Made by a program: the position numbers and the translations under genes. This document shows, piece by piece, positions 1-9,838 of a stretch of DNA of 64,000 nt. How positions within the stretch are numbered: position 1 is the stretch's first letter; every line of letters starts with the position of its first letter. The stretch lies in NCBI GenBank assembly GCA_938045545.1, contig CALIBN010000010.1, positions 32,001 to 96,000 on the forward strand, written 5' to 3'. The notes beneath the pieces were generated by a model, which was not told where the DNA came from, did not search any database, and saw only the letters and a program-made list of their open reading frames with translations. The DNA is from an uncultured archaeon. GTDB taxonomy: Archaea; Thermoproteota; EX4484-205; JAAOZP01.

Positions 1-652
1 CTCGGCCAACAAGGCTCCTTTCGCATACGATTACGACACCGTTATGAAGACAGCGTTGTCCCGAGGAAGGATAGTGAAGTATAGTGCAACAGTCGGGGGT
101 GGGCTGCCTGTTTTGAAAACGCTTAAAACGCTCACCGTCGGGGATTTTGTTGAAAGCTTCAGGGGGATTCTAAACGCGACCTCAAATTATATTCTCACAT
201 TAATGGAGGAGGGGAGGAGCTACGAGGAGGCTTTGAGGCTAGCGCGTGAAATAGGTATTGCTGAGGCCGACCCGACTATGGATGTATCCGGGATGGATAC
301 CGCCTACAAGATAACCATAATAGCTAACACTATTGAGGGGGGTCACAGGGTTGACGAGGTCGAGTTGAAAGGCATAGAAGACGTTGGACCAAAAGACTTG
401 CGTGAAGCTGCTTTAAACGGGTATTCAATAAGGCTCGTCGGAGAGTTCACTGAGAAAGGAGGGCTTAGGGTAGGTCCTTCAAAGCTTAAGAGGGGGAGTG
501 TGCTTGATGTGAGCGGGACGCTGAACGCGGTGGAGTTCAGAATGAAGAAGGCTGGACCGGTTTACCTGCTTGGGAGAGGCGCTGGACCGTTTGAAACAGC
601 CGCCGCAATAATTAGAGATATTTTCGAAATACTGGAGGAGGAGAAGCGTTGA
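1..652 (+). CDS. hom: Homoserine dehydrogenase (5' end outside window)
   Basis: ANKAP at window start, YSATVGGGLP, GILNATSNYIL, AEADPTMDVSGMD, GRGAGPFETA motifs. Confidence 0.93.
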   Translation, partial: SANKAPFAYDYDTVMKTALSRGRIVKYSATVGGGLPVLKTLKTLTVGDFVESFRGILNATSNYILTLMEEGRSYEEALRLAREIGIAEADPTMDVSGMDTAYKITIIANTIEGGHRVDEVELKGIEDVGPKDLREAALNGYSIRLVGEFTEKGGLRVGPSKLKRGSVLDVSGTLNAVEFRMKKAGPVYLLGRGAGPFETAAAIIRDIFEILEEEKR

Positions 653-2001
653 TAATTGTAAACCTTAACCTTGAGAACACGGGGCTCGAATTGAAATGGC
701 TCTGCGAGAAGCTTGCTGAAAAAGCTTCGCAGGAATTATTGATCATAGTTGAGCCACGCGAGGAGATCCTTAGGGTTTTAACCGAGGCTGCTGCTTCACG
801 CATGAGCGAGGAGGAGGCTTTAGCAAAGCTAGCCGGCGAGCTTAACGACCTGGTGAAAGGGATTCCCGGAGACCTTAGGATAAGCGTTGAAGCCGAGCTT
901 GTTGAAAGCTTGAACAGGATCGTTGAATACCTGCATGCTGAGAAGAAGGCTGGCGGTGCAACGCCTAGGGGGCTACCCGTAATGCTAAACCTGCTCGGAA
1001 ACACTGTTGCCAAAGTCGTTTCAAGCCATTTTAACGCGCTTGGCGTCGACGCTAAATGGGTTACAGCCGGACAGGCTGGATTCACGCTCGTAGAGGACTA
1101 TGAACCGCCTTGGAGCCATTACGTGAGCCTTGTTAACCCGGATAAGTTGAAAAGCGTTTCAAAAGGGGTTCTCATAGTTTCCGGAAGGTCTTGCGTCGAC
1201 CCTGAAGGCGGCGAAGCCTCGCTTAAAAAAGGGATGGGTAGCGTAGTGTCAATACTTGCTGCCAGCGAGCTGAGAATTGGAGAGGTTTATGTCCCTAAGG
1301 CTAACGGCGGCGTCTACACAGCCGACCCCTGGACTACGGACAAGGCAAGAATCGTCCCCAGCCTATCCTACTCTGAGGCACTGGAGCTTTCAAGGCTTGG
1401 AGAATGGGTTGTAAGCCCCCAGGCTGTTGAGCTTGCTGAGGAGCTGGGAGTAAGAATAATAGTTTCAAGCATACAGGATCCTTTCAAAGAATGCACGACG
1501 ATAGGCTTTGAGAAGGCTGTTGAGAAACAGATAGTTAAGGCTGTAGCGATGATACCGGGCATGAGTATTTTAACTGTGGAGGGGGCGGCTATGGCTGGGA
1601 CCCCGGGCGTGGCTTCAGCCATACTTGGAGAGGTTGCGAAAAGAGGAGTAAGCGTATCCATGATAAGCCAGGATGCTTCAGAAATCGGCATAACCATGCT
1701 CGTCAAAGACAAGGATTTAGATATGGCTTTGAAAGGCTTGAGGGAGGGATTCAGCAGACAGAGGCTTATTAAAAGGATTAGGATGCAGAGGGGTGTTGCA
1801 GTAATATCCGCCGTCGGGGAGGGCATGAGGGGAACGAGGGGTGTTGCAGCCAGAATATTCTCTGCTGTCGCCGAAGCAGGGGTTAATGTTCTAGCCATTG
1901 CTCAAGGCTCGTCTGAGACAAGCATATCTTTCGCAGTGTCTATGGAGGACGCTGAGAAAGCTGTTAAAGCGGTTCACGACAAGGTTATAGTTGGAGTTTA
2001 G
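649..2001 (+). CDS. Aspartate kinase-like protein with degenerate kinase domain and tandem ACT domains
   Basis: GVYTADP, LSYSEALELS, two ACT repeats (GAAMAGTPGVA; VGEGMRGTRGVAARIF); lacks KFGGTS and RGGSD motifs. Confidence 0.8.
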   Translation: MIIVNLNLENTGLELKWLCEKLAEKASQELLIIVEPREEILRVLTEAAASRMSEEEALAKLAGELNDLVKGIPGDLRISVEAELVESLNRIVEYLHAEKKAGGATPRGLPVMLNLLGNTVAKVVSSHFNALGVDAKWVTAGQAGFTLVEDYEPPWSHYVSLVNPDKLKSVSKGVLIVSGRSCVDPEGGEASLKKGMGSVVSILAASELRIGEVYVPKANGGVYTADPWTTDKARIVPSLSYSEALELSRLGEWVVSPQAVELAEELGVRIIVSSIQDPFKECTTIGFEKAVEKQIVKAVAMIPGMSILTVEGAAMAGTPGVASAILGEVAKRGVSVSMISQDASEIGITMLVKDKDLDMALKGLREGFSRQRLIKRIRMQRGVAVISAVGEGMRGTRGVAARIFSAVAEAGVNVLAIAQGSSETSISFAVSMEDAEKAVKAVHDKVIVGV

Positions 2002-2044
2002 CCTTCTCCGCGGACAACATCAGGTTTAAGCATCTACGTTCTCC

Positions 2045-2722
2045 CTATTTTTTTCCGCTTGAGGCGCGGCGTCTAAGCTCTTTCTCAACATACCTGCCCC
2101 TGCTTCCTATCTCTCTAAGCCTCTCCTCAACCCTTGCGGCGGATTCTCCAGCCGAAGCCCTGTAGCCTTCGAGGAAAAGCTTCATCAGTTTTTCAGAATC
2201 CTGAAGAGGGGTCAGACTTGAGAAAAGCGTGTAAACATCCTCAGCCTTCTTCTCAACCTCGTTTGAAAACTCTCCGAGGCCGAAATCTATCAGTGTCAGC
2301 CTGGTCTCTGAGACTAGCACGTTTGAAAACGTTAAGTCGCCATGAACAATCCCTGCGGAGTGAAGCCTTCCAACCGCATCCCCAAGCATATGGATTAGGG
2401 TTGCAAAAATGCTTGAGCTCTGCATGCTCCTTAGACTCTGGCTTCCAGCATAGCTCATTATTATCCAACCCTCGACAGGGTTCACATGGTAGACGAAAGG
2501 AGTGTTCACTCCAGCCTTCTTAGCCGAGCTCAGGAGCGATGCTTCTCTAACTGTTCTCGAACGCCTTATAAAATCGTCGAGCTCCCTAACCCTGTAGCCC
2601 TTAGAAAGCCTGGTTTTCACAACAACCTCTCTGCCGAGCCATTTGCAGAGGTCTACAATTGCCTCTGCACCTTGGTAGAGGGTTTTAATTCGAGTACAAC
2701 CCTGGGGGAGGAGACTTAACAT
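2045..2722 (-). CDS. bud32: KEOPS kinase Bud32
   Basis: QGAEA, HGDLT, LIDFGL motifs; adjacent to kae1; start placed at ATG 2722. Confidence 0.93.
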   Translation of the reverse strand: MLSLLPQGCTRIKTLYQGAEAIVDLCKWLGREVVVKTRLSKGYRVRELDDFIRRSRTVREASLLSSAKKAGVNTPFVYHVNPVEGWIIMSYAGSQSLRSMQSSSIFATLIHMLGDAVGRLHSAGIVHGDLTFSNVLVSETRLTLIDFGLGEFSNEVEKKAEDVYTLFSSLTPLQDSEKLMKLFLEGYRASAGESAARVEERLREIGSRGRYVEKELRRRASSGKK

Positions 2723-3686
2723 CACTAAGCCTCCATCTCGGTTTAACAAAAGACTCTTCAACCCTGAGGGACTCTCCCAGCCTGTACTGCACGATTCCTT
2801 CCCAAGCAATCATGACGCCGTTGTCAGCGTAATATTCAACAGGATAATCTAGGAATACAGCTTTTCTCTCCCTACACATTTGCCCAGCCATCTCCCTAAG
2901 CCTCCGGTTGGCGCCCACGCCACCGGCTATTATGAACTCGTTGAGTCCAAGCATCGCCATAGCCCTCTCCGAAACCTCTATCAGCATTGAGAAAGCGGTT
3001 TCCTGAAGCGAGAAGCAGAGATCTTCAACCGGCTCCTTTCCAACGAGGCTTTCAAGCATGGTGAGCATTCCAGAGAACGACACGTTCATGCCTTTAACAC
3101 TGTAAGGCAGCTTTATCAGCCTGCTCGACTTTGAAGCCAGCTCCATAACTCTCGGACCACCTGGGAACCCGAGGCCGGCTTTCCTAGCAAAAGCGTCGAT
3201 AAGGTTTCCAACAGCAATGTCCTCAGTCTCCCCGAGAACCACATATCTTCCCTCAGAAGTATGAATAACCTGCGTGTTCCCTCCGGAAACATAGAGTGCA
3301 ACCGGGTTAGCAGCCTTTGTTAAAACCCTCGCGATCTCTACGTGTGCAGCAGCATGGTTAACCCCCACTAGAGGTTTTCCAAGCTTCATAGCAATCATTC
3401 TTGCTAGGGCGGCTCCAACCCTTAAACACGGCCCCAAGCCTGGGCCGCGTGAAAAGGAAACCAGGTCTATGTCTTCAACACTGATTTTAGACAAAGCCTC
3501 CTGAAGAGCACTAGATGCGTTCTGAAGATGATGCTTCGCAGCTTCGCTCGGATGTATTCCGCCTGACGAAGGCCGGTAAACCCTGCGAACGTCGCAAAGA
3601 GCCTCGAAAGGAGGATGCTTCACGACACCTATGCCGAAAGTGTGGGCAGTGGATTCAACGCCGATGCACGTGAGACGCTCCTCCAC
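2685..3686 (-). CDS. kae1: KEOPS t6A synthase Kae1
   Basis: GVESTAHT, GPGLGPCL, VNHAAAH, YVSGGNTQ, DNGVMIAW. Confidence 0.96.
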   Translation of the reverse strand: MEERLTCIGVESTAHTFGIGVVKHPPFEALCDVRRVYRPSSGGIHPSEAAKHHLQNASSALQEALSKISVEDIDLVSFSRGPGLGPCLRVGAALARMIAMKLGKPLVGVNHAAAHVEIARVLTKAANPVALYVSGGNTQVIHTSEGRYVVLGETEDIAVGNLIDAFARKAGLGFPGGPRVMELASKSSRLIKLPYSVKGMNVSFSGMLTMLESLVGKEPVEDLCFSLQETAFSMLIEVSERAMAMLGLNEFIIAGGVGANRRLREMAGQMCRERKAVFLDYPVEYYADNGVMIAWEGIVQYRLGESLRVEESFVKPRWRLSDVKSPPPGLYSN

Positions 3687-3703
3687 AGGCTAGACGCTCC
3701 CCC

Positions 3704-3865
3704 TCATCTTTGGAACTCGGTGTAGTTGCACGCGCCGCAGTGCCACCTGGGCTTTCCCTCCTTGTGGAACGCCATAACCCTGCCACACCTGGGGCACTTC
3801 CTATTCCTAAGCCTCACTGATGCCTTGCTCGCGTCAACCTCGTAGTATTTCACAGTGTCCTTCAT
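3704..3865 (-). CDS. rps27ae: Ribosomal protein S27ae (eS31), not in the ORF track
   Basis: Manual translation [11 protein letters not shown]...RKCPRCG...MAFHKEG...[11 protein letters not shown], 53 aa; ATGA overlap with rps24e. Confidence 0.93.
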   Translation of the reverse strand: MKDTVKYYEVDASKASVRLRNRKCPRCGRVMAFHKEGKPRWHCGACNYTEFQR

Positions 3866-4236
3866 CTCTTACCACCGGCTGCCTTAGCCTTCATCTCCAT
3901 CCTCATCTTCTTAATCTCCTCTTTCCTGCGCCTCTTCTCCTCCGGAGGCAGGTTTGCAACCCTGACGTGCATCGGTTCGATCCTAGCGTACTCCGGTGAA
4001 AAATAGATATGTGCCTCGCCGATCGATGATTGTCTCCCTGAAACGCTTTTAAGACTCCTAACGTAGACTGCTTCAAGGGATGCCCTTTTTAAGGCTGAAA
4101 CAGCCTCCCTGGCTTCAGCCATTGTGGGAGTCTTACCCCCGGGGTGCGGGATCTCGAACACTATCTCCACCCTCTTTAAAAGAGGATTGTCAACCTCTTT
4201 AAGTATCCTGATCTCCGTCATTTGACTGTGCTTCAC
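3862..4236 (-). CDS. rps24e: Ribosomal protein S24e
   Basis: NPLLKRVEI...HPGGKTPT motif; conserved synteny. Confidence 0.92.
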   Translation of the reverse strand: MKHSQMTEIRILKEVDNPLLKRVEIVFEIPHPGGKTPTMAEAREAVSALKRASLEAVYVRSLKSVSGRQSSIGEAHIYFSPEYARIEPMHVRVANLPPEEKRRRKEEIKKMRMEMKAKAAGGKR

Positions 4237-4410
4237 TAGGGTGGTCAGGCTTTAAACATTACTGTAGACTGCACGAGCAGTGTTAGGAGTGGAAACCCTA
4301 TGGAAGCCGGGAAAATGCAAGCCCCCGCATGCGTTAACAAGGCTTGGAGCACAGTGTCTTAACGGCAGCCGGCTATACGCAGGATTAGCTACAACACTGT
4401 TAGAGCAAGG

Positions 4411-4908
4411 CTAGCCACATGTTTTCATCGTTCCAACGATTTCCAAGACCGTTTTTTTAGAAGACTCGTTGACCTCTATCGCTACCACGCCCTCTCCCGG
4501 CTGCCCGTATACTACGATGGAGCCGTGGGGTGCTGTTTCTACAGCTACGAGCGTAAGAAGATCCTCCTCGCCTTCAACAAGTATAGTCGATGGCTGTGAG
4601 TCGAGAGCCTGTTTAAAGACCTTCCAAGATTCCTTAGATATTGTCCCCGGTGGATTGACCAGTCTTAAAACCATCCTCCCCTGCTGGAAGCGCTCAACAC
4701 TATGGGTGTATGCCCGCAGGGTTTTCCCGTCAACCACGCAGACACCCGGTTTGAAACCCATGTCTAAGAGGCGTTGTGAAACAACGTCACCGACAGAGAT
4801 TACAATTCCGCTGAACCCTTTTAACATCTTTCTCAACCCTTCTGTATCGAGCAGAGCACCCAGCGGCCTTTTAACGATCCTTCTAGTTTCCTCCGAAGCT
4901 TTTAACAC
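4411..4908 (-). CDS. GTP-dependent dephospho-CoA kinase (DUF359)
   Basis: VGDVVS, VDGKTLR, NPPGTI, GEEDLL, YGQPGEG. Confidence 0.9.
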   Translation of the reverse strand: MLKASEETRRIVKRPLGALLDTEGLRKMLKGFSGIVISVGDVVSQRLLDMGFKPGVCVVDGKTLRAYTHSVERFQQGRMVLRLVNPPGTISKESWKVFKQALDSQPSTILVEGEEDLLTLVAVETAPHGSIVVYGQPGEGVVAIEVNESSKKTVLEIVGTMKTCG

Positions 4909-4910
4909 GC

Positions 4911-5096
4911 TTATCTCAGCCTCACCGCGTACCTTCCAGGAACCCTTGCCCCAATGAGTTTAGCTATTGAAGAAGCCTCAGGGTTGAAAACCAGGACTTC
5001 GCCGCTCCACTCCTGCGTGAACTCCTCACCGCCACAGTTTGGACACTTAGGCGAATCACTTATCATTTTACAGTTTAAACACGCTTTGAGGGGCAT
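4911..5096 (-). CDS. spt4: Transcription elongation factor Spt4 (RpoE2)
   Basis: KACLNC...CPNCG...WSG...PGRYAVR. Confidence 0.95.
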   Translation of the reverse strand: MPLKACLNCKMISDSPKCPNCGGEEFTQEWSGEVLVFNPEASSIAKLIGARVPGRYAVRLR

Positions 5097-5677
5097 TAAG
5101 CCTTAGCCTCCTGCTTAGGCTTCTCCCCAGCCAGCTTCCTAATGTCCTCCTCAATCCACTCGCTCTTCCCTAGGAATGGCTGTCTGGCGGTTAGCCCAAT
5201 CTTGTCAGTCATGGCTCCCCTGCCTATTGACACTGCGGCTACCCTAGCCCTAACCCAATCGTTTTTCTGAATTATCCTCTTGGTCTGTCTACCCACCAAG
5301 ATCCCCTGGGAACTGTTGTAATCCATGTAGTCATCGGTTATCTGGCTCACATGCATCAAAGCGTCGGTCGTAACAAGCCTCACGAAGACTCCGAACTCCT
5401 CTACCTCAACAACCCTTCCTTCAACAACCTCGTTAACCTCAGGATAGTAGGAGAGCACCTTCACCTTAACCTTGTGGTAACTATGGCCGTCTCCGGGGGA
5501 TATCTGGCCCACTGGGTTGAACTCATAGTCAACGAGGAGAATTATGTAGCCGATTCCCTCTATAACCATACCTTCATATCTGTCTTTAAGAACGTTCTTG
5601 AAAATCTCGGCCACGGGATCCCCGAGCCTGGAGGGGGGAACCTTAACCACGTCTTCAAGCTCGATTATCTTGAATAA
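5096..5677 (-). CDS. rpo7: RNA polymerase subunit Rpo7 (E'); probable start at non-canonical TTA 5677
   Basis: (L)FKIIELEDVVKVPP N-terminus, S1 domain, KIGLTARQPFLGK. Confidence 0.92.
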   Translation of the reverse strand, partial: LFKIIELEDVVKVPPSRLGDPVAEIFKNVLKDRYEGMVIEGIGYIILLVDYEFNPVGQISPGDGHSYHKVKVKVLSYYPEVNEVVEGRVVEVEEFGVFVRLVTTDALMHVSQITDDYMDYNSSQGILVGRQTKRIIQKNDWVRARVAAVSIGRGAMTDKIGLTARQPFLGKSEWIEEDIRKLAGEKPKQEAKA

Positions 5678-5683
5678 CCCTCA

Positions 5684-6070
5684 TCACCTCTTTTCGAACC
5701 ATCCTTTCCCCACTATCCTTCTTCCCCCGGAAGGATAGAAAACAGGTATACCCAAGGTCCTAAGCCTCCTGCTTAAAGTTCTGTCGCCTGTTGCCACAGC
5801 CGCTTTATAAGTTTTTGCAAGGTAGACGAGTGCATCGTCGCAACCCATCCCAGTTGGAAGCAGGATTCTGAAACCGCTTGCAACAGATAGGGCTAGCCTA
5901 GCCATACCTGAAACCTTAGGTCCATCCGTGCTTAGTCTTCTAAGCTCCACAAGCGTTTCGAAAGGCACTAGAAACAGCACCCTACCTTGGGTTAAACCAG
6001 TTATCCCGTTTACGAAATCGATCCCTGTTTCGAAGGGAGCCAGCAGGGCGCTGGAGTCCAGGAGCACCAT
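5684..6070 (-). CDS. PIN-domain protein (Fcf1/Utp24-like)
   Basis: LLDSSALL, DDAL, VATGD motifs; usual position between aIF2-gamma and rpo7. Confidence 0.85.
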   Translation of the reverse strand: MVLLDSSALLAPFETGIDFVNGITGLTQGRVLFLVPFETLVELRRLSTDGPKVSGMARLALSVASGFRILLPTGMGCDDALVYLAKTYKAAVATGDRTLSRRLRTLGIPVFYPSGGRRIVGKGWFEKR

Positions 6071-7365
6071 CAACCAACAAGCACACCGTGGCCAATAAGC
6101 CTCCAACGCCTCTCTACAAGCCTGCTTACAGCAACCCTCTGACCCTTCTCGGCGCAAACAGGCATCTTAAGGCTCAGGGTGATCCTGTTATCCTTCACGT
6201 CCTTCACTACGGCCTGTGTTAAAGCTGAACCAACATTAATGTTTAAAACTTCCCCAACCCGGATGGGCTCCGCCTTCACAAGGCCCCTAACGCCCACAAC
6301 TCTTTCAAACATGCTGTACTCTAGAGTAATGCTTCGTGTAACGGGCGGTAACGTGCCAGGCTTGCCGGCAAGGTTTCCAACCAGCATGTCGTTCTTAGTT
6401 AGAGAAGGATCGAGGGTTGTTCCGATCCCTACGAGGCCACCGCTTCTAACACTTTCGACAAAAACGTTGTCGAAGCCCACTGAAACCACCTCGGCAATAA
6501 GCGGTATGGTTTCAACAGTATCATCCTTCTTAACCCTGAGGCCGGGCAGTATTTCAATCTCGTCGCCAACCCTTATCTCCCCCCTGATAATCGAGCCGCC
6601 CAGTATTCCGCCGCGCATATCCCTGACTGGAGTGCCAGGCCTGTTAACGTCGAAAGACCTTATAACGATCATCCTCGGCGGAGAGCCGAGGTCGAAAACC
6701 GGTGTCGGAACCTCTTTCTGAATAACGTAGAGCAGCACGTCTACGTTAACCTTGTGCTGCGCGGACATAGGTATTATGGTAGCGTTGGCAAACGTTGTTT
6801 CAGAAAGAAAACTCTTAATCTCCTCTAGGTTTTTCAACGCCCTCTCCCTTGAAACTATGTCGATCTTATTCTGGACGACGATCAGCCTCTTAATGCCCAT
6901 TATCTCAGCAGCCAGGAGATGCTCATAGGTCTGGGGTTGCGGGCAAACCTCATCCGCGCCGATCACCAGTATCGCGGCATCCATTACGGCTGCGCCGCTC
7001 AGCATGGTTGTCATAAGTATCTCGTGACCAGGCGAGTCCACGAAGCTTATCTTCCTCTGGAAGACAGCCTCGGAGCCACATGAGCATCTTGGGGTTGTCA
7101 CAAAGTTGTATGGCGGTGGACACTTCGGACATTGGAAAACGCTGAAGTTAGCGTAGCCAAGCTTTATTGTTATACCTCTTTTCAGCTCATCACTGTGTTT
7201 AGCGGTCCAGACACCGGTAATGGCTTGGACGAGAGTGGTCTTCCCATGATCCACATGACCCAGAGTTCCTAAATTCAGACATGGTTGAATACGTTTATAA
7301 TTATCTATTTCTATACCAGAACCGTGAACGACCGTCATTCTCGCGGACTCGGCTGGCTGCGACAT
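6070..7365 (-). CDS. eif2g: Translation initiation factor aIF2 gamma
   Basis: GHVDHGKT, RGITIKLGY, DSPGHE, NKID, WRLIGHG. Confidence 0.97.
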   Translation of the reverse strand: MSQPAESARMTVVHGSGIEIDNYKRIQPCLNLGTLGHVDHGKTTLVQAITGVWTAKHSDELKRGITIKLGYANFSVFQCPKCPPPYNFVTTPRCSCGSEAVFQRKISFVDSPGHEILMTTMLSGAAVMDAAILVIGADEVCPQPQTYEHLLAAEIMGIKRLIVVQNKIDIVSRERALKNLEEIKSFLSETTFANATIIPMSAQHKVNVDVLLYVIQKEVPTPVFDLGSPPRMIVIRSFDVNRPGTPVRDMRGGILGGSIIRGEIRVGDEIEILPGLRVKKDDTVETIPLIAEVVSVGFDNVFVESVRSGGLVGIGTTLDPSLTKNDMLVGNLAGKPGTLPPVTRSITLEYSMFERVVGVRGLVKAEPIRVGEVLNINVGSALTQAVVKDVKDNRITLSLKMPVCAEKGQRVAVSRLVERRWRLIGHGVLVG

Positions 7366-7457
7366 ATTTCTAACTCACTGTAGACGGTGCAGGCCTATTT
7401 ATAATCTTTAAAGACGAATTTCCACACGGGTCTTGGTACGCTTATAATCCTCGCTTT

Positions 7458-7802
7458 TCAAGCGTCCCCTGTGATTATCTTCATGTTAATCTGGTAGATC
7501 TCTTCGGAAATCTGGTTTCCCCTAACCAGCATTTTCCTCCTTGTTTCGCCGACGACCGTCTTCCTCTTAACCCAGATCTCCTTTTTAACACCGCCTTGGA
7601 CAGAGGGGACCATCGGTATGCCGGACCTATCCGACCCCCCTGTTATCATCAGCTTAACCCCAGGCTTACCGGCGAGAGAACCGTCTACAATACTCCCTAT
7701 CTTTAAGCCGAGCAGGGGGACAGCGTTGCTCCCCTCCAGCTTAACAGACTCTGTTTTACCGCTCTTAGGGTCGGAGATGCATAGCTTGAATTCAGGCGGC
7801 AT
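7458..7802 (-). CDS. rps6e: Ribosomal protein S6e
   Basis: FKLCISDP, ITGGSDRSGIPM, VRGN. Confidence 0.92.
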   Translation of the reverse strand: MPPEFKLCISDPKSGKTESVKLEGSNAVPLLGLKIGSIVDGSLAGKPGVKLMITGGSDRSGIPMVPSVQGGVKKEIWVKRKTVVGETRRKMLVRGNQISEEIYQINMKIITGDA

Positions 7803-7904
7803 GTAGCAGTATGTTTGTTAAACCAGTATTAAAACATTACCTAAGGCTGGAGGCCTATAAGGTTTAAAAACACGTTTAAGTATAAACTTGTCAGGGTTTT
7901 GAAG

Positions 7905-9674
7905 CTATAAACCGTAGAACGGGTTCTCCTTCTTCTTAAGCCTGGCCACTTCCTCCAAAGCCTGAAGATAATGGAGCTCCAACTGATCCTTGAAAACCCT
8001 GTTTATCAGGGAAGCATCGTTACTCGGCACGTCGACGAGAAGAACATCATCCTCCCTTAGGTTCCTGCCCACTATTCCCTCGGGTATGGAGATTGCAACC
8101 TCCTCCCCAGCCTCAGCCTTGGGAATACTTTTACCCTCTTTCTGAATCTGCTCAATCACCCCTATTTTCTCACCTTCACTGTTGATCAAAGGGTAACCCG
8201 GCTTTATGCAACCCGCCTCAACCTTAACACCGACTATAGCTGGCTTACTCCTTCTAAAAACATATGCCGGCAGGATTCTAATCCTGCCCGGGAGAATAAG
8301 TTGCTCAAGCTGCATGCTTGCTTCTCTCTGCTTCTCCCGCCTACGCCACTCTGAAAACTCTTCGATCAGCCTGTAGATGATTCTGCCCTGGAAAACCGGG
8401 ACGTTCCTCCTCCTAGCCTCCTCAACAGCTTCAGGCATTAGTCTAACGTTGAATGCTAGCAGAACCCTGAGCGTCGGGTCCTTTGAGGAAATAGATGCTT
8501 CAATAACGTCCCTCTCTGAAACAGGCCCCAGGTCTCCAAGCCTGACTGGAATACTTCTTTTCTCAAGCTCCCCCACTATGGCCTCTAGAGAGCCGAGCGT
8601 ATCTGCTTTAACAACAACACCCTCCTCGCCGCTTTTAATCCTTATCGACTCCACTTCAGACTTGATTTTTTCAACAGCCTCCTCGATATTCCCGGAGGCA
8701 ACTGTAAGCGGGGAGCCTGGGAGAGCATCCTCCAGGTTTGGCGCAACAATTTTAACCCCCGCGGAGGGCCTGACCTCATCAACCTGGTTAAACCTGTCCC
8801 TCGGATCCCTCATCTCGTCGAGAGGCTTAGGCATGAGCAGGGCCCTAACCCTGGTGACAATCGGCTTGTTCAGCCCCATCAGCACAATAGTGTCATTACT
8901 TCTCAGCACACCGTCGAAGATAACGGCGTTGACAGTAGTACCCATCCCCGTCTCCTCAACAACCTCGAGCACAACGCCCCTAGCAGGACCCTCTGTGTAT
9001 TCGAGGCCGCTTATCAGAAACTGTTGGACGAGGCCTATTAAGACAGCTATAAGCTCCGAGACTCCTTCTCCTGTTAACGCGCTAACAGGCACTATGGCAA
9101 CATTCCTCCTGAAGTCCGTCAGCCTGTCGAACCTGTCTGACCTGAAGCCCATTGTTGAAAGATCCCCGATTATCCTGTAGAGATGCTCGTCTAGGCTACG
9201 CTTAACCCTGTCATCCTGCTTGGAGAGTGATTGAAGCACGCTTAAAACCCCTTGAGGTCTCCACCCCGGAAGAAGGTCAACCTTATTGGCCGCGATTAAA
9301 AATGGGGTTCTCCTAGCTCTAAGGATGTCTAGGGACTCTACAGTCTGGGGCTCAACTCCCTTAACCAGGTCTATCACGAGAATTGCGAAGTCAGCGATGG
9401 ACCCTCCTCTCCTCCTAAGGTTTACGAAAGCCTCGTGCCCAGGCGTATCGATGAAAAGTATGCCTGGAACCCTGAGCTTTTCCTCAAGCCTTATGTTAAG
9501 CGTTTTCGCAACCCTAACTATTACTTCAGCTGGAATCAGGCTTGCCCCGACGTGTTGAGTGATGCCACCGGCCTCCCTCATCGCGACGAAGGTGCCTCGT
9601 ATCTTATCTAGTAGAGATGTCTTTCCACTGTCAACGTGTCCTAGCACAACCACGATAGGCTCCCTAACACTCAT
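7905..9674 (-). CDS. infB: Translation initiation factor aIF5B (IF2)
   Basis: GHVDSGKT, EAGGITQH, DTPGHEAF, KADTLGSLEA. Confidence 0.97.
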   Translation of the reverse strand: MSVREPIVVVLGHVDSGKTSLLDKIRGTFVAMREAGGITQHVGASLIPAEVIVRVAKTLNIRLEEKLRVPGILFIDTPGHEAFVNLRRRGGSIADFAILVIDLVKGVEPQTVESLDILRARRTPFLIAANKVDLLPGWRPQGVLSVLQSLSKQDDRVKRSLDEHLYRIIGDLSTMGFRSDRFDRLTDFRRNVAIVPVSALTGEGVSELIAVLIGLVQQFLISGLEYTEGPARGVVLEVVEETGMGTTVNAVIFDGVLRSNDTIVLMGLNKPIVTRVRALLMPKPLDEMRDPRDRFNQVDEVRPSAGVKIVAPNLEDALPGSPLTVASGNIEEAVEKIKSEVESIRIKSGEEGVVVKADTLGSLEAIVGELEKRSIPVRLGDLGPVSERDVIEASISSKDPTLRVLLAFNVRLMPEAVEEARRRNVPVFQGRIIYRLIEEFSEWRRREKQREASMQLEQLILPGRIRILPAYVFRRSKPAIVGVKVEAGCIKPGYPLINSEGEKIGVIEQIQKEGKSIPKAEAGEEVAISIPEGIVGRNLREDDVLLVDVPSNDASLINRVFKDQLELHYLQALEEVARLKKKENPFYGL

Positions 9675-9838
9675 TTGCTTACCGCACCCTCGAGACATTG
9701 TCGGCGCAGGAGTATTAATCTCTATCTACCGTTTCAGCGTAATAGAAAACCGGTTTTGAAAAACACGGGTAGGCCGGCAAAACCGCAGTATTAGTCTTAA
9801 ATGTCCGATATGGTTGTTCGAAGCGTTGACAAAGCCTG

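Noticed and set aside
4305-4335. Cobalamin riboswitch resemblance (GGGAA...GCCCCCGCA)
   Set aside because: Other conserved B12-box elements are absent and the gene context is unrelated.
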